40,716 bases of DNA from Octopus bimaculoides (Eukaryota): the NCBI RefSeq assembly GCF_001194135.2, contig NC_068987.1, positions 102,171,347 through 102,212,062 on the forward strand, in the 5' to 3' direction. The notes below the pieces were generated by a model. That model was not told where the DNA came from, did no database searches, and saw only the letters and a list, made by a program, of their open reading frames with translations. Below, piece by piece: positions 38,437-40,716 of this stretch. How positions within the stretch are numbered: position 1 is the first letter of the stretch; every line of letters starts with the position of its first letter. The position numbers were made by a program, and so were the translations under genes.

Positions 38437-38657
38437 AAGTATATTGCCACTTAAGTGTGGCTGACCCCTAGGGGTGGATGTTACAGTTGCTTTTAGCCCC
38501 AGGAGGACATCTCCTCCAGCTCGCTTATCGACACACTACTGTGTCCTGTTTGTTTTGCCAAGGGAAGTTATCCCTCTCATCTTGATCTGTAGCACGAACG
38601 GACCCGGGTTTCAGGGTTATTTCCCTTCGTCAGCCACACTTAAGTGGCAATATACTT
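38437..38657. repeat. 221-bp segment bounded by a perfect 29-bp inverted repeat (MITE-like)
   Basis: AAGTATATTGCCACTTAAGTGTGGCTGAC (38437-38465) is the exact reverse complement of 38629-38657. No clear TSD. Confidence 0.75.
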
Positions 38658-40013
38658 TTTTTTGGTGGGGGAGGGGTCAAATATATCGTATCTATGTGCG
38701 TCTACAAAATAACTATTTTGATTTTGGTTGAATAGCTGTATTACGAAGTAATTAATTGTCAATTAAGTACATTATATACATTACAATCGAAGGTATTTCG
38801 GGAAGCAATGAGGTAGAGGTATTTGATGAAGAGTATACGAATTATTTCATAGTTCATTAATTGTATAGGAAAAGAAGTAGATCTAAATTTAAATGATCGT
38901 GAAAATGTAGGTATTTGTTGTAACAGTTCCAGTTTCTCTCTTTCCTGATGGAGAAATTGTAGCTACTTTGAGAATTGTCTCATATTGAGGACGTTCTAAT
39001 TTAAAGATGTTGGAATCTAGTCGTTGCAAACTAGGAATTGTACTGACACGAGTTCATTCTCCATGCACGAACTAGTAGCGGATTGCCTCTTCAATACTCT
39101 TCACAACCAACATTTTGCATCTCTTGAACGAAATTCAGAGATATTTTTAGTTACAGAAGAACTGTTAGTTTGATTGTCATTGCTTGTTTTTTTCATCGCA
39201 AGAAAAGTAAATAGCTTGTACTGGATACCTATTTTGGTCATTGAAATATCATCATGAAGTGAAATAAACACTATTAATGTGAAATACATGCCTATAATTG
39301 CTGGCGGTCTAATTTTAATGTTTACTCGTCTGGAATAATGAGACATCACTCTTTTGATTTGAGCTAAATCTCTCCTGTACGAATAGCTTAGAAATCTATA
39401 TTGATTATATTAGAAACGGAAACAAATAAACCTTCACATTCACACGCATATACCTATGAAGCGACTCAAGGTTTTCGATATATGTATATGGAGAAAATAA
39501 TTAATTTATCAAAATTCCAAACTGGTGTCGACCAGTTTTGGATTTTCAATCGTAAATAAAGAAGGTTTGAGAGAGATAGAATGCACAAGGGAAAATTCAG
39601 AAGAACTTGCTTAAAACATCAAATGTTTATACACATTCCAAAATTGACAGTAACGAAAGTTCAAATGTTCGATAAATATCACAACAGTAATTGCATGCTT
39701 GAACATTTGGTGACAGTGAATTCGAAACGATGAAATTTCAAAAGATTAAGGGAGAAAGGGAAGGAAAAGAAACAAATGTTTCTTAACAATTTCTGAAACA
39801 GGAATTTTCGTTGCTGAGTTTGCGGGTGACATAAAATTACTTTGTATTTCTAATGTAAATATTCAAGGTCTGATTAGTTGTGAATTTAATAACGTTACTT
39901 GTTTTTGTCTGCCTACGTAGTACTATTGTGGCTGGTTAGCTGAATGCCTGTGAATGTCACTCGGTTTACAGATGGTCTGGTCCCATATTTTGCTTTGGTA
40001 GAATTCTTGTGTT

Positions 40014-40564
40014 GTAAGGCAGCGAGCTGGCAGAAACGTTAGCAAGCCAGGCGAAATGCTTAGCGGTATTTCGTTTGTCACTGCGTTCTGAGTTCAAATT
40101 CCGCCGAGGTCGACTTTGCCCCTCTGTGTGTAGCCCCCTGGTGGGCAGTAAAGAAATAGGTATTTCGTCTGCCATTACGTTCAGAGTTCAAATTCCGCCG
40201 AGGTCGACTTTGCCTTTCATCCTTTCAGGGTAGGTAAATTAAGTACCAGTTACGCACTGGAGTCGATGTCATCGACTTAATCCCTTTGTCTGTCCTTGTT
40301 TGTCCCCTCTATGTTTAGCCCCTTGTGGGCAATAAAGAAATAATGCAGAAATAAGAAACGTTAGCTCAGTGGTATTTCGTCTGCCGTTACGTTCTGAGTT
40401 CAAATTCCGCCGAGGTTGGCTTTGTCTTTCTTCCTTTCGGGGTCGATTAAATAAATACCAGTTACGCACTGGTGTAGATATAATCGACTTAATCTGTTTC
40501 TCTGTCCTTGTTTGTCCCCTATGTGTGTAGCCCCTTGTGGGTAGTAAAGAAATAAGAAACGTTA
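40014..40564 (+). repeat. Head-to-tail tandem array of family B SINE units (3 units plus the start of a 4th)
   Basis: Units at 40014-40158 (internal deletion), 40159-40342, 40354-40554 and a stub at 40555-40564. The three complete units each have the B box GAGTTCAAATTCC and end in AAAGAAATA. Only unit 1 has the 5' A-box region. Confidence 0.9.
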
Positions 40565-40716
40565 ATATGCCGTTATACTTGAAATATAAATGTATTGCTA
40601 CAATTCTAAGTGAGTCAGTGTAAGGGTACACACACAGACACACACACACACATATATATACATACATTGTTACACACGCAATCATACACACGCATATATA
40701 TATATCTTATATATAT

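Noticed and set aside
40014-40564. CRISPR-like or ribozyme-containing array
   Set aside because: The units are long SINE bodies with no unique spacers, the context is eukaryotic with no cas genes, and no CTGANGA box is present in the units.

Overview
This is a eukaryotic, strongly AT-rich window from a gapped assembly, with six large N-gaps, most of them bordered by (TA)n or other microsatellite. The repeat content most resembles an octopus/coleoid genome (inference from recalled repeat families, not a database hit). No complete protein-coding gene can be supported, and almost every long ORF in the track is an artefact of microsatellites or N-runs. The interpretable sequence is a transposon graveyard: four SINE-type families in about 15 copies (one a head-to-tail tandem array), two mariner relics, two R4/Dong-like relics and one CR1/L2-like LINE end. 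The most notable element is a ~670-bp Penelope-like insertion at 20023-20696, bounded by an 11-14 bp target-site duplication. It carries a GIY-YIG C-terminal fragment, then a tRNA-derived Pol III cassette, then a minimal hammerhead ribozyme, with a second hammerhead arm in inverted orientation at its left end. A second, different hammerhead relic sits inside the internal microsatellite of a SINE (16113-16201). One or two minus-strand exon candidates suggest the window may be intronic to a host gene.
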